Below are positions 52,391 through 64,000 of a DNA stretch of 64,000 nt, in pieces. Source of the stretch: Chiloscyllium plagiosum (Eukaryota). The stretch is from the NCBI RefSeq assembly GCF_004010195.1, contig NC_057718.1, forward strand, positions 19,405,905 to 19,469,904, read 5' to 3'. How positions within the stretch are numbered: the first letter of the stretch is position 1; each line of letters begins with the position of its first letter. The notes under the pieces were generated by a model. That model searched no databases. It saw only the letters and a list, made by a program, of their open reading frames with translations, and was not told the DNA's origin. A program made the translations under genes and the position numbers.

Positions 52391-52909
52391 AACATTCTGA
52401 AACTGCCAGACATTTCCTGACAAGTCGACCCTTGCTGATGCTGGTTGTTAAATTTTGACAAGTTGAATATACCCAGGGTATTATGCACCGTTTATGCACA
52501 ATGTTCCAAAATGCATCTGACACTCCCAAAGGATCCGTGACACCACCCCATCCAAACAGGGATCTCAGTTCTCCAAAGGGAAATGGTGGCTTTCCAAAAA
52601 AAATGCAATGAGAACAGATCTGTTCTTCTCTGGTCTAACCTCCTCATTCCAGATTTCAGGAACTCTAAAATCCATTTGAAGGGAGGTTGGAGGTCATTTC
52701 AATGACCCACTACTTTGAGGAGCCAAGTATGAACCATTGCCCTCCTCTGTGAAAATGAGAAGCTCAGGTTTGGGACAAATTATTGCATCCTTGCAATTTG
52801 CAAAAGTGTGGCTGCTCCAGATCCTGGTGGAAATCAGGGCAAAAGCCGAAAGGCCTTTTGAGAAAGGTTGGGACCTTCATATAAAAGCTTTGAATGAGGA
52901 AATACTGCA

Positions 52910-53355
52910 GTATGATTTGAAATTAACATATGCTTCACAGCTGAGGAATGTTTGAGGACTCTAGGACTATACTCCTTGGAGTTTAGAAGGATGAGGGGAA
53001 AATCTGATTGAAACTTACAGAATACTGAATGACCTAAACAGAGTGGACGTTGGGAAAATGTTTCCATTGGCAGGAGAGATGAGAACCCGAGGACACAGCC
53101 TTAGAGTGAAGGGAAGACCCTTTAAAACGGAGATAAAAAGAAACGTCTTTAGCCAGACAGTGACGAATCAGTGGAATTCACTACCACAGAAGACCGTAGA
53201 GGTCAGAGCATTGAGTATATTTAAAACAGAGATCGATAAGTTCTTGATTGTCAAGGGGATCAAGGGTTACTGGGAGAAAACGGGAAAATGGGGTTGAAAA
53301 ACCTATCAGCCATAATTGAATGGCGGAGCAGACTCGATGGGCCGAATAGCCTATG
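52910..53355 (+). mobile_element. CR1 LINE 3' fragment
   Basis: DVGKMFPLAGEMRTRGHSLRVKGRPFKTEIKRNVFSQTVTNQWNSLP. Confidence 0.85.
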
Positions 53356-53739
53356 CTCTAATGGAAAAAATTTTTTTAAAAATTAGTTTAAACGACATTG
53401 AAATGTCAGACATTAGAAATTTCAGTTACCGTGGAATTTATAGCAATAAAAAGTCACAGAACTTTGAGCAACGTGTGCCCCTAGTGGCCATACTGAGCAA
53501 TAACATGCTGCTGCCTTCTCACTATAAAACATTCATTGCCATGTATCACCCAGTGAGAGTCTTTTACCATTGAAAACTATCAAAAAAAAGTGTAGTAACA
53601 AACAGTTAACAAAAGGTTTTCATCGCATTAAGTGAATTTTGTACCAAAATAGATCAATATGTAAAATCATACACAGGTTTGTGAGCAAAGACACCACTTA
53701 AAACATTATTTTTCACTTAAAACAAACAAATATACTTAC

Positions 53740-53842
53740 ATGGCTTCTTAGGGCATTTCTGGCATTTGTTGAAACCCCAAGAAGTCCCCACAGTTCCACA
53801 GCAATCTTCTTGCTTTGAAAGGCCAGGAAGAGGTTTCCCACA
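53740..53842 (-). CDS. LTBP1: LTBP1 internal coding exon (103 bp): hybrid 8-Cys domain
   Basis: Not in the ORF track in the right frame; read directly. Acceptor tttgcag|TGT GGG AAA; donor AAG CCA T|gtaagt. Translates [34 protein letters not shown]. Phase 0/1. Confidence 0.95.
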
Positions 53843-55459
53843 CTGCAAATAGCCAAAAACGTTGGAGTTAGTTCTAGATCTCCACAGGCACCAAAGGCAA
53901 ACAACTCTTAATGTATTTCTATCCCACTTCTCAAACTATTCCTACCTGTCTAAGTCTGCCCAGTCAGCCTCCTGCCCAATACTCAGACTGTGAATTACTT
54001 TGGGACAACTGGTTGTAGTAAAGTTTGCTGCTGGGTGAATGTGAATTGTTGCAAGCACTGCAACATGGCTGACGATCATTATTCTCCATTCAGGACGTTG
54101 ATATTTTCAGTCACCCGTGTCCCGTGAGTAAGCACAAACATGTCACAGCCTTCCCCAGAGGGATAAAAAAATGGGAAGTCAGGGAAGGAGGCAACTTCAT
54201 TGGCTATTTTTGCATACTTCCTTGTGATTGGCAATACCGCACTCTATACACTAGTGAAAGTCAAGAGGTAGGACTCTGGAGTCCATCACAGCCCAAAGTT
54301 TTGGAAGATCCATGATAGCATGAGGCAATATCACACAAATAAAATGTGCGGATGAGAGAAACCTCCACGTTGTGGTTAGGAAAAGGCAGATTTAGAGTGG
54401 TGGTGGTTTGTGAGGCGGAGTAGTTGGGGAGCTAGAGTCCACTCTTAGCAATGTAGCATCAGCTAATTTACACTGATGCCAGTCCTTCTGAGTTTCTCCA
54501 GCTCTTTCAGTTTTTATGTCAGATCTCCAGCATCTGCAAGACTTTACTTCTACACGCCTTGTGTGTGTGCAGGCTCTACTGTAACTTCCCTTCAAGAGGA
54601 AACCAGTCTGCACTGAGAGGATTAACATTGCAAAGTCTAGCCATGATCTGGAGAGTGATTTCAAAGTTAAGAGGTGCAAAGACGGTGCTGACAGCATGCA
54701 GTAACACGGTACATAAATTCACACACGCTCTCTTTCTCATACCTCCGTCAGCAGAACGGGGAGAGAAATAAAAAGGAAGACATCATTTCACCACACACGT
54801 TAACTGTTCACACTAAAAGTGAAAATATGCAATAATAATTTTTCTCATGCAGGTTGCGTTTTCCCTGGGCGCTTCATAAACAAGTGTAAGGAAAACAAAT
54901 AACCAGCCAGGAAAGGACAGATTTCGAATGACTGAAAGATTGGCTGATTAGATGGGTTTCAATAACATTTTTAAAAGACAGGTGAGAGTCGGATTAGTGA
55001 GCTGGTTTGGAGATTGCATTCCAGAAAACATGAATCACAGCCACCTGCATTTACACCTCGGAAAAAAAATAAAATGCTCCTCAGCAAAAAATGTCACACG
55101 AAGAAACCAGTTCTTGACCACAACATAAAGCAAGTACGGTTTCAAAAAGTTTCTTGCTCCTGACCATTTGAGTCAATTAAACAATCAGGTCAAAACATGC
55201 AACTAAACTCATCAATGATTTATGTGCATCAACCTGATAAAAATTATTAACGAGTGATCGCAGCAAATGGGGAGTTCGTTGAACAGGTTTGCAGGAGTAT
55301 GCTCTGTGTAACATTAGGGCTTGAAATATTCACAGCTTTAACCTCTTAACAGAAGGGTCTGTGAGTTAAACAGATAGTAGGAGGGAGGGATAATGTCGAC
55401 CATTATTTTGTGAAATAAATGTATCAGCTGCCCATTTTCTAATAATGTGTCATCAAATC

Positions 55460-55815
55460 AACCCCAAGGTATCAATGTGGACTTCAACAGTTTCCTCGTT
55501 TCCCCTTCCCCCACCTCACCCTAGTTCCTCAGCACTGTCCCCATGACTTGTCCAGACTTGTCCGACCTGCCTATCTCCTTTTCCACCTATCCACTCCACC
55601 CTCTCCTCCCTGACCTATCACCTTCATCCCCTCCCCCACTCACCTACTGTACTCTATGCTACTTTCTCCCCCCCCCCCTCCTCCTCTCGCTTATCTCCAT
55701 GCTTCAGGCTCACTGCCTTTATTCCTGATGAAGGGCTTTTGCCCGAAACGTCGATTGCACTGCTCCTTGGATGCTGCCTGAACTGCTGTGCTCTTCCAGC
55801 ACCACTAATCCAGAA
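55460..55815 (+). mobile_element. Penelope-like 3' terminal fragment
   Basis: Same 3' sequence as ~62030-62220, ending CTGATGAAGGGCTTTTGCCCGAAACGTCGA...GATGCTGCCTGAACTGCTGTG. Confidence 0.75.
55725..55752 (+). ncRNA. Minimal hammerhead ribozyme motif (best-preserved copy)
   Basis: CUGAUGA-A-GGGC-UUUU-GCCC-GAAA-C-GUC: complete core, stem II, palindromic ACGU in place of stem III, GUC cleavage site. Confidence 0.72.
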
Positions 55816-56179
55816 TTCAGAAATCTGGAGCATAGTTAGCTTCCATTATTAATGAGCCTAGAGTAAGAATTAAGAAAATAACCCTGTATGAAAGTCTGCA
55901 TCAGTAACTATTTTCTGCCTCCAGACATCTGTAGCATAGTTAAGCAAATATAATACAGTACAATAATCGGTAAATTTGTCAACAGCATCTAATGAAAGTC
56001 ATCAGTACTACAGAAGCCTTTATTTATATTAAGATGTTTAGCTATCCGGTACAGAGCAGTAAGGGTTAGATTTTTGTAGCATCTCTCCAGGAGATTTACC
56101 ATGGAGTAATTCCATTCTGCAATGGCATGTTTGACACAAAGCTTACAAAGAAGTAAGCAATAAGCCTACAGTGCCTCAC

Positions 56180-56457
56180 CTGTGAGCCTGTAGTTTCCTG
56201 GAAGCAACGTCCTAACTTGGTTTGTGTTCGGGGAAAATGATGGGTGCGAACTTGCTGCTGGTGTGTGTAGACAGAATTCGGTACGTGAGGTACTGAAGGA
56301 CTCAGAGCATGATAAGTGATCTGTTGTTGGCTCGACTTGACACCATTGACCTTCTGTCCCAGGGAGGAACTGTCCACTCTGGAGACCTGGTGGATCTGCA
56401 CATTTGCCTCCGGTGGGTGTTTAACATGGATGTTCACTATGTTTGGAGGGAACTTCA
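56180..56457 (-). CDS. LTBP1: LTBP1 internal coding exon (278 bp): linker into hybrid domain
   Basis: Acceptor atatatag|TG AAG TTC; donor TCA CAG|gtgagg. Translates KFPPNIVNIHVKHPPEANVQIHQVSRVD...KLGRCFQETTGSQ, characteristic of LTBP1. Phase 1/0, compatible with both neighbours. Confidence 0.95.
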
Positions 56458-56659
56458 CTATATATTTATGAGAGGAAAAACAAAACATGAGGCTGGTGAG
56501 CAAGCATTGTGGAAAACATTTTTTTCAAATAACATCATTACCACTATAAAAGTTACTTTCAAGGTAAATATTATATTAAGAACCTAACAGCAAGAGTAGG
56601 CCGTTCTGTCCCTCAAGATTCCATGATTCCAGAGTTAGGATGGCTTCACCATCTGAGAT

Positions 56660-57335
56660 TACCCCCCACCTCTCAACTATCACCAATCTGTAAATTAACC
56701 TTGACCTGAAACTGGACTGGACTCACCAAATAGGTCAGAATAGGTCAGAGACTAGAAGCCTGCAATGAGTATCTCACCTCCTGACTCCCTAAACCTATCC
56801 ATCACCTCCAAGGCACAAATTAGGAGTGTGATGGAATACTCCCCACATGTGTGGATGGGTGCAGCTCCAACAACACTCAAGAAGCTTGACACCATACAGG
56901 ACAAAGCAGACCACTTGATGAACATCACATCCACAACCATTCACCCCCTCAACCACTGATGCTCAGTTGCAACAGTATGTACTATCTACAAGATATACCA
57001 AAGAAATTCATTAAGGCTCCATAGAAAGCATCTTCCAAAATCTTGGCCACTTCCACCTAGAAGGACAAGGGCAACAGATATATGGGAACACCACTGCCTG
57101 CAAGATCCCCTCCAAAATACTCACCATCTTGATTGGAAATGTATCGGCTGTTCCTTCAGTATCACTGGGTCAAAATCCTAAAACTCCCTTGTAAAGGGTA
57201 TTGTATGTATACCTATCCTAGATGGATTGCAGCCATTCAAGAAGACAGCTCACCACTACCTTCTCAAGGGCAGCTATGCATAAGAAACAAATGCTGGCCC
57301 ACCCACTGACACCTATGTCCCATAAATGAATAAAA
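56660..57335 (+). mobile_element. CR1/L2-clade LINE 3' remnant
   Basis: ORF reads KAQIRSVMEYSPHVWMGAAPTTLKKLDTIQDKA (LINE ORF2 C-terminal region); 3' end CTTCTCAAGGGCA...AAATGCTGGCC...ATGAATAAAAA. Confidence 0.75.
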
Positions 57336-59869
57336 ATCATTTCTTTAAATCATGCCTGATCTTCTACCTCAATGCCACTTTCCTGCACTATCCCCATATC
57401 CATTCTGTCATTCGTAATGAAAAATCTATTGGTCTCAGTCTTGAACCTACTGAACTTACACAACCCTGTGGGGAAAACAATTCCAAAGATCCACGCCTCC
57501 TCAGAATGGCGAAACTCATCCTCATCTCAGTCCTGATGGGATAATCCTTATTCTGAGACCGGATCCAAGACCTCAACTCCACCTTGAAACCAAGGGAAAA
57601 CTCCTATGTCTCTGTCAAAGACTGTTTTGCATAAGAATGCGCACATTAGGGTGATGACTCTATATGCGCAATCCATCCTATAATATTCACAGGAATGTTG
57701 CATCACTGATGTTAGTTAATGCAGCACAGGCCAACAATCAGATCTGTAACCTTCTGGGAATCTATATAATTTATACTCCCCTGCTCCTTGCTCATCTACA
57801 CTTTGCCATCAGAAAAGCAATACTGTTTTTTGATTTGTAGATCACTATCTCAAGGCACCCACCACTGTCTCGATTTTACCTTCAGGAAAATGATTAACAG
57901 CTACTGTCAGTGTGATTGCCAACATCACAACATGAGCAGAGAAATTTGAAATGCAAATATGGTGACCAAACTTACAAAATTAAAATAATTAATGAGAAAC
58001 AAAACACAATGAGTAAAAGAATTTGCAAGATTTATTCCACTGACGTTTTTCTTCTGGTTTTTATTAGCAGCACTGTTTGTTCCTTAATTAATTAGAATTT
58101 GCTGGCAAGTTAATGCATTAAGTATTGTTATTATTTGAAATGCTGGAGAGTCTCATGAGATATGTCACAACATTGTGCAACACACACTGGGGCATGCTCT
58201 GATTATGTCTGCCTTCTGGAAGCATTAATCAGCAAATACAGAGCTTAGTTAAGAAACATTTGCAAAACTGAAACAAAACCAAAATTGCTGGGAACGTGCA
58301 GCAGATTTTCCAGCCTCTGAAAAGAGATATTAATTGCCTGGCAGATCTTTAACAGAATTACACAGTCCTTACCACACAGAAAGAGGTCATTAGGCCCAGC
58401 TGGTTTGCGGTGGTATTTATGTCCCACACAAGCCTTCTCTCACATCTATTCTTATCAATATATCCATCTCGTCCTCTCTCTCTCTCTCGGTTTATCTAGC
58501 TTGTCTTGAAATACATTTATGCTACTTGCCCTAACTACTCATGAGGTGGCAGGTTCCACATTCTAACCACTTACTGGTGAAAGAAATTTATCCCAGATTC
58601 CCAGCTGGATTCCTACACATTCCTTACGCCTGGATATCCTGAACCATCATTCACCTGGATGGACTTTTCAGTGTTCTGCTCCTGTCTAGAGTAATAGCCA
58701 ACTGATGTCCACCTACCAATGATCACCACCCACCCTACCTGAACCTCTCACTTGCAACAGGTTCTCACTGAGCTCCACACGCAAGAGGATTTCAATCTGA
58801 AACACTCTTCTAGTCTCCTCTCTTTTCAGATGCAGGCAGACTTTGCATGTAAAGAACTCTCTGTTCTCAAAGTAAAAAATGTGTGGGTGCATTCAGTAGC
58901 TGACCATCAAATACCAGCAATACCTTCTGAGATCCATAATCCTATTTCGCAATCTCAGCTTTCCTCCAGTTCTTGTCTCCTGAACATCTCCAATTCCCAT
59001 GTTGCCCCAACAGTGGCTGTTTCCTTCTCTAAACCTTTCCTCCTGTAAAGCATTTCTTCAATCCTATCTCTTTGACCAATCATTTCTGAAGTCTCTCTTC
59101 GTGACTCTGTGTCAAATCCTGTTCTGTAAAACTCCTGTGAAGACCCTCGGGATATTTTATTACTTGTGAATACAAGTTGCTGTTGCAGAGGTTAAAATAA
59201 AGAGTTGGTTGAGTCCGTACTTCACTGAAGCAACACTAGGGTGCCATGATGCAGGCAATTTGCACCTTTCTGAATGAAAGCAAAATACTGCAGATGCTGA
59301 AAATCTAAAACAAACATAGAGTAGGCTGGAAAAACTCAGCAGGTCTGGCAGCATCCATGGACAGAGAAGCAGAGGTAATGTTTTGAGTCTGGTATGACTC
59401 TTCACTGTCCTTGTCAGCCGACTGATTTAATTTGTTTGAACTTATTATTGACAAGCTCTTTAAACGACATAAAATGCAAAGAGCTAAAGGTTTAGACATT
59501 ACCAAGCAAGAATGTCCAAGGAAAAGCGACTTCTATTTTATGTAATTTACTTAAAAATCAGTAACTGGAATATAAAATCTCTGAATTATAATGTACTGAA
59601 GAGAAAACATGCAACTCAGCCCACTGAGTCATTCCCAAAAGAGTTCTGAAAAACAGCCATACTGGACTCAAAATGTTACCTCAGTTTCTGTCCTCCACAG
59701 ATTCTGCCAGATCATGATCAGCAAGGTTTTGGCCATTATTAAACAGAAAAGAATTGTCTAAAAGAGTTCTCTACTTTTGCTGTAACATTGCTGAGTTGCT
59801 GGCAGACCGAAGGAGAAAAATAAACGTATATAACTTGAGAGAGAGTTTGAAAGACAAATTGAGCCTTAC

Positions 59870-60085
59870 TCTGTAGGCCGGGCTTCCCACCGTGAGACAG
59901 AGGCAGTGTGTGTGTCGAATGAACTACCGGCGAGGTCGGAGCTTTGCCAGGCTGCTGGTGATGCTGCTGGCCATTGGAAGGCTGCACCGGGATATGGCAG
60001 AGCTTGCCGGTAAAATGAGGAGAGCACTGGCATTTGTTCCTGGAAGTGCACTGTCCTCCGTTCATGCAAGGCAAGTGGCAGACCA
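59870..60085 (-). CDS. LTBP1: LTBP1 internal coding exon (216 bp): EGF-like domain and start of linker
   Basis: Acceptor ttttccag|TG GTC TGC CAC; donor CTA CAG A|gtaagg. Translates [33 protein letters not shown]...VHSTHTLPLS, matching the recalled LTBP1 motif [33 protein letters not shown]. Phase 1/1. Confidence 0.95.
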
Positions 60086-60774
60086 CTGGAAAAATAAACC
60101 CAACATTAGTGGAATGCAACAATCTAACACCAAACAACAATGTCTTCTTTCAGTGGTATGACCTTCAGGACCCCACTTGTAAATAGTTACGGACCAAGAA
60201 AAAAATCACTGCAACAAATTGCTTTTCTATAGCATCTTTGAAGTGTGACAAGGAGTTCCCCAGGAACTATGCCAGACCAGATTTGACACAGATAAGGCAA
60301 TATGACCAGGGGCCAAAAGCATGGTCAACATTTTAAAGTTTTAAGAAGCAACGTAAAAGAGAAAAAGTAATGGTTAAGATTTTCAATATTTGGTGCCTAG
60401 ACTAAAGGGACAGACACCAGTGAAGGCAAGGGGTAAATCAGGGAGGTGCAAGAGACCGGAACTATATTTTTGATTTGTTCATGGGGGTTGCTGGCTGGAT
60501 TGGTGTCTCTTGTGCATCCTTAATCGCCTTTGAGAATGTGGGGGTCAGCTGCCTTCTTGAACTGCTGCAGTTTTTGGGATTTAGGGGTACCCACAGTACT
60601 GTCTGGGAGTGGGTTCCAGCAAATTAACCCAGAGACAGTGAAGGAACAGCAACATCTTTCTAAATTAGGCCAGCAACTGGCTTAGAGGGAGACTTGCAGG
60701 TTGTGGTGTTCCTGTGTATCAGCTACCTTTGCCCTTCTAGATGGTAGTAATCATGGATTTGGAAGATTTATGTC

Positions 60775-61595
60775 TGGGACATTCGACCTCGGACCATCGG
60801 GTGACCATCCTCCAAGGTGGACTTCGGGACAGGCAGCAGCGAAAAGTGGCCGAGCAGAGGCTGATAGCTAAGTTCGGTACCCATAGGGAGGGCCTCAACT
60901 AGAACCTTGGGTTCATGTCACATTACAGGTGACCACCATTGCACTACACACACACACACACACGACGCGCACACAGACACCCACACACACCCTTACAGAG
61001 ACACACATTCCCACACTCACACATGCACCCCCTCACAGACTTAAGACACTCTGCACTCACTACACACACACACACATATGGTTTCTCACACTCACAACCC
61101 CCAATCCAGACAGACACACACACAGACAAAGACCCACATGCGCATATATACTTTTGGGGTGAGTTTGTACTTGCAGGGTTACATTGTACTTTGCTCAAAA
61201 ACTGCATGAATTCATGTAAAACTCCGTTATCTCACTTTTTAGATTAGAATCAATCTAAACATCATGGCATAGACAGAGAACACAGGGGGCTAACACCTTC
61301 AACATATTGTCTAGCTATCACCATTGTTAACAGCTAACCTGAGAGTGCAACTTTTTTAAAAAAGGCTTTGTGATTTACACATGAAAGAAGTGAAACTGTC
61401 ATGGTATTCTAACAGATGAAAGGCTTAACAGACAATCAATTTTTCAATGTATAATTTCAGTTACACCACACTGTAAATTTTTACTATAAATTCTGTATGT
61501 TAGGATTGAGCTGTCCACTACCACTTGATGAAGGAGCGATGCTCCGAAAACTAGTGTGCTTCCAATTAAACCTGTTGGAATATAACCTGGTGTGT
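60775..61595 (+). mobile_element. Penelope-like element 3' part (second family) with internal (CA)n-rich tract
   Basis: 60775-60930 translates GHSTSDHRVTILQGGLRDRQQRKVAEQRLIAKFGTHREGLN (GIY-YIG C-terminus with GLN motif). Terminus TGATGAAGGAGCGATGCTCCGAAA...AAACCTGTTGG. Confidence 0.7.
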
Positions 61596-61707
61596 GTACA
61601 TCTGACTCAAGCAATGACGTTGCATGACTAGAAACCAAATGTAGTAGTGGAGTGATAACAGGATGAAGTTGAGGGGTGCAGTAAAATGAAAGATTTATAA
61701 TAGTAGT

Positions 61708-62225
61708 CTACCTCCATCCAAGGCCCTAAAGGAGCCTTCCACATCCATCAAAGTTTTACCTGCACATCCACTAATATCATTTATTGTATCCGTTGCTCCC
61801 GACGTGGTCTCCGCAACATTGAGGAGACTGGACACCTCCTAGCAGAGCGCTTTAGGGAACATCTCTTGGACACCCGCACCAATCAACCACACCGCCCTGT
61901 GGCCCAACATTTCAACTCCCCCTCCCACTCTGCCAAGACATGGAGGTCCTGGGCCTCCTTTAATGCTGCTCCCTCACCACCAGACGCCTGGAGGAAGAAC
62001 GCCTCATCTTCCACCTCAGAACACTTCAACCCCAGGGCATCAATGTAGACTTCAACAGTTTTCTCCCCACCCCCACCCTCCTCTCACTTATCTCTCCACC
62101 CTTCAGGCTCTCTGCCTGTATTCCAGATGAAGGCCTTTTGCCCGAAACGTCGATTTTACTGCTCCTCGGATGCTGCCTGAACTGCTGTGCTTTTCCAGCA
62201 CCACTCTAATCTAGACTCTGATTTT
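61708..62225 (+). mobile_element. Penelope-like element, GIY-YIG remnant and 3' end
   Basis: KGAFHIHQSFTCTSTNIIYCIRCSRRGLRNIEETGHLLAERFREHL...VAQHFNSPSHS; degenerate hammerhead at 62124-62151. Confidence 0.8.
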
Positions 62226-62614
62226 TAACTATGTCTGGGGAACGCAGAGTAAAGCAGAAGATGTGATGATACACAATCCCTTCTCCTTTGATGGTGAATG
62301 GGGTACAGTTGTGTCAAAATCTAATGCAAGATAATAAGCCTTAGAGACTGGGCAACAGTCCAGAAGAAAACAGGTACATAAATACTCCTGTTAGGTATGG
62401 AATGTTCCTCTTTATAAATCAAAAGTACTAAGTAAAACACTTGAGCAATAGTGAACATATATTTTAACTCTGCTATGCATGACTGTATTCTCCTCATTAT
62501 AGTTGAATAATTGAGAAGAGTGCGGTTTGGTGAAGAATTGAGCTCATGGGGATTCAGCATAAAAAATTCCACAAAGAAAAATGCACTCAGAATGCAGAAC
62601 CTTCCAGAATCATA

Positions 62615-62822
62615 ATTAAAAAGTCACACAACAACAGGTTATAGCCCAACAGGTTTATTTGGAAGCACTAGCTTTCGGAGCACACTCCTTACTTGTACAA
62701 CCACCCGATGAAGGAATAGCACTCCTAAAGCTAGTGCTTCCAAATAAATTTGTTGGACTATAACCTGGTGTTGTGTGATTTTTAACTTTGCCCATCCCAG
62801 TCCAACACTGGCACCTCCAAGT
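62615..62822. mobile_element. Fold-back pair of Penelope-type termini (second family)
   Basis: CAGGTTATAGCCCAACAGGTTTATTTGGAAGCACTAGCTTTCGGAG (~62635) is the reverse complement of CTCCTAAAGCTAGTGCTTCCAAATAAATTTGTTGGACTATAACCTG (~62722). Confidence 0.7.
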
Positions 62823-63589
62823 CATTCCAGAATCATGTACTATTTGGCCTCTCCTTGATTCCATCCAAAAGCCTATCAGAAGGTTCTGCAACATTTTCTC
62901 CATCTGCACAAAAGTACTACTTTAAAAGCTTTCCACCTTTGTGTGGAGCAACGCCAGTCTGTACTGTCAATGGCACGGCTCCTCATTGTCCCTGTGGTTA
63001 AGGAAGCACTGCATTCCTTCATGTGTTTGGTCACCTTGAAGTATGTTTACCCTCCCAATCTGTTCAGAGCAGCTATTTATCCAGCTGTTCTCAGAGGTGT
63101 TAATTGACACTGTATTAACTGTAGCAGCTGAGTACCGTTCCACAGTTTAGTGAGGAAATGCATTCATTCTGATTTCCAGCCACTCATCTTCACGGAATCT
63201 TTTTTGTAACTCACAGCCCAAGATAAATAGCCAGCTTACATTCATGCCTTCTGAGAGAGACAGAGAGATAAAGTACACAGAAGATAAGATTAGCAAAAAC
63301 ATACAAATTGACAGAGCTAGGCCCAGACAAGAAGAAACAGGGACAGACAATGTCAGAAGTCACCATCCTTCCAAACATGCATTGAATTTAAAGCGTACTG
63401 TTAAAATGATAGCCAATTTTCTTCTTTATCAAAAGGAACAAGAGAAAGTGGTTTTAACCTGTGCTTAGAATGAATTTACTCCTGTACCTCATGGATGCAG
63501 CAACAAACTAATGTAGTTTCAAAGACAACAACATCTTCATGTCTGCAGGATGACTCCTTGTGTCTAACTGAACAGGAGCTAATCACCAA

Positions 63590-63778
63590 GATAGGAGAAA
63601 GTGAGGACTGCAGATGCTGGAGATCAGAGCTGAAAAATGTGTTGCTGGAAAAGCGCAGCAGGTCAGGCAGCATCCAAGGAGCAGGAGAATCAACGTTTCG
63701 GGCATAAGCCTGAAGAAGGGCTTATGCCCAAAACGTCGATTCTCCTGCTCCTTTGATGCTGCCTGACCTGCTGCGCCT
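63590..63778. mobile_element. Penelope-derived fold-back insert flanked by a direct repeat
   Basis: Near-perfect inverted repeat centred ~63712; CTAATCACCAAGAT on both sides (~63579 and ~63777). Confidence 0.75.
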
Positions 63779-64000
63779 AATCACCAAGATGCCTTCATCT
63801 TATAAACCCTCTGCTACTGGAAGGTGACAGATAGTGGGAACACGAACATGTCACCTTTCCTTTACTGTCTTTGGGTCAGAATCCTGGAATTCCTTCATAC
63901 CATCACCTCAATAAACCATAGTGACCGATGAAGGTGACTCACTACCACTTGTACAAAAGCAGTTACAGATGTGTAATAAACACTGCCTTCACCAGCGTCA

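Noticed and set aside
60086..64000. Upstream LTBP1 exon or short-isoform first exon/promoter
   Set aside because: No sequence resembling the expected upstream exon (...IKVVFTP.ICK.TC...) was seen; it probably lies beyond the window.

Overview
This is vertebrate genomic DNA, almost certainly from a shark (elasmobranch). The inference rests on HE1/V-SINE-type and Deu-domain SINEs and shark-type CR1 and Penelope repeats. The whole window lies inside one minus-strand gene, LTBP1 (latent TGF-beta binding protein 1). Six internal coding exons (216, 278, 103, 78, 123 and 165 bp) have canonical AG/GT ends and splice into one open frame: EGF-like domain, linker, hybrid 8-Cys domain, cbEGF domain, first TB domain. 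Everything else is intron packed with transposon remnants, and most six-frame ORFs are spurious or TE-derived. The most interesting non-genic structures are three. (1) A ~3 kb composite non-autonomous element with an L1-like YY1-motif head, three GC-rich VNTR arrays and a LINE-like tail, plus a short array-free relative at ~40 kb (SVA-like architecture). (2) A ~2 kb ORF1-only 'half-L1' with poly(A) and a 12-bp target-site duplication. (3) Many minimal hammerhead-ribozyme motifs in Penelope-derived repeats, often as inverted pairs. Exon boundaries were read base by base. TE boundaries are approximate, and family names come from recalled knowledge, not a database search.
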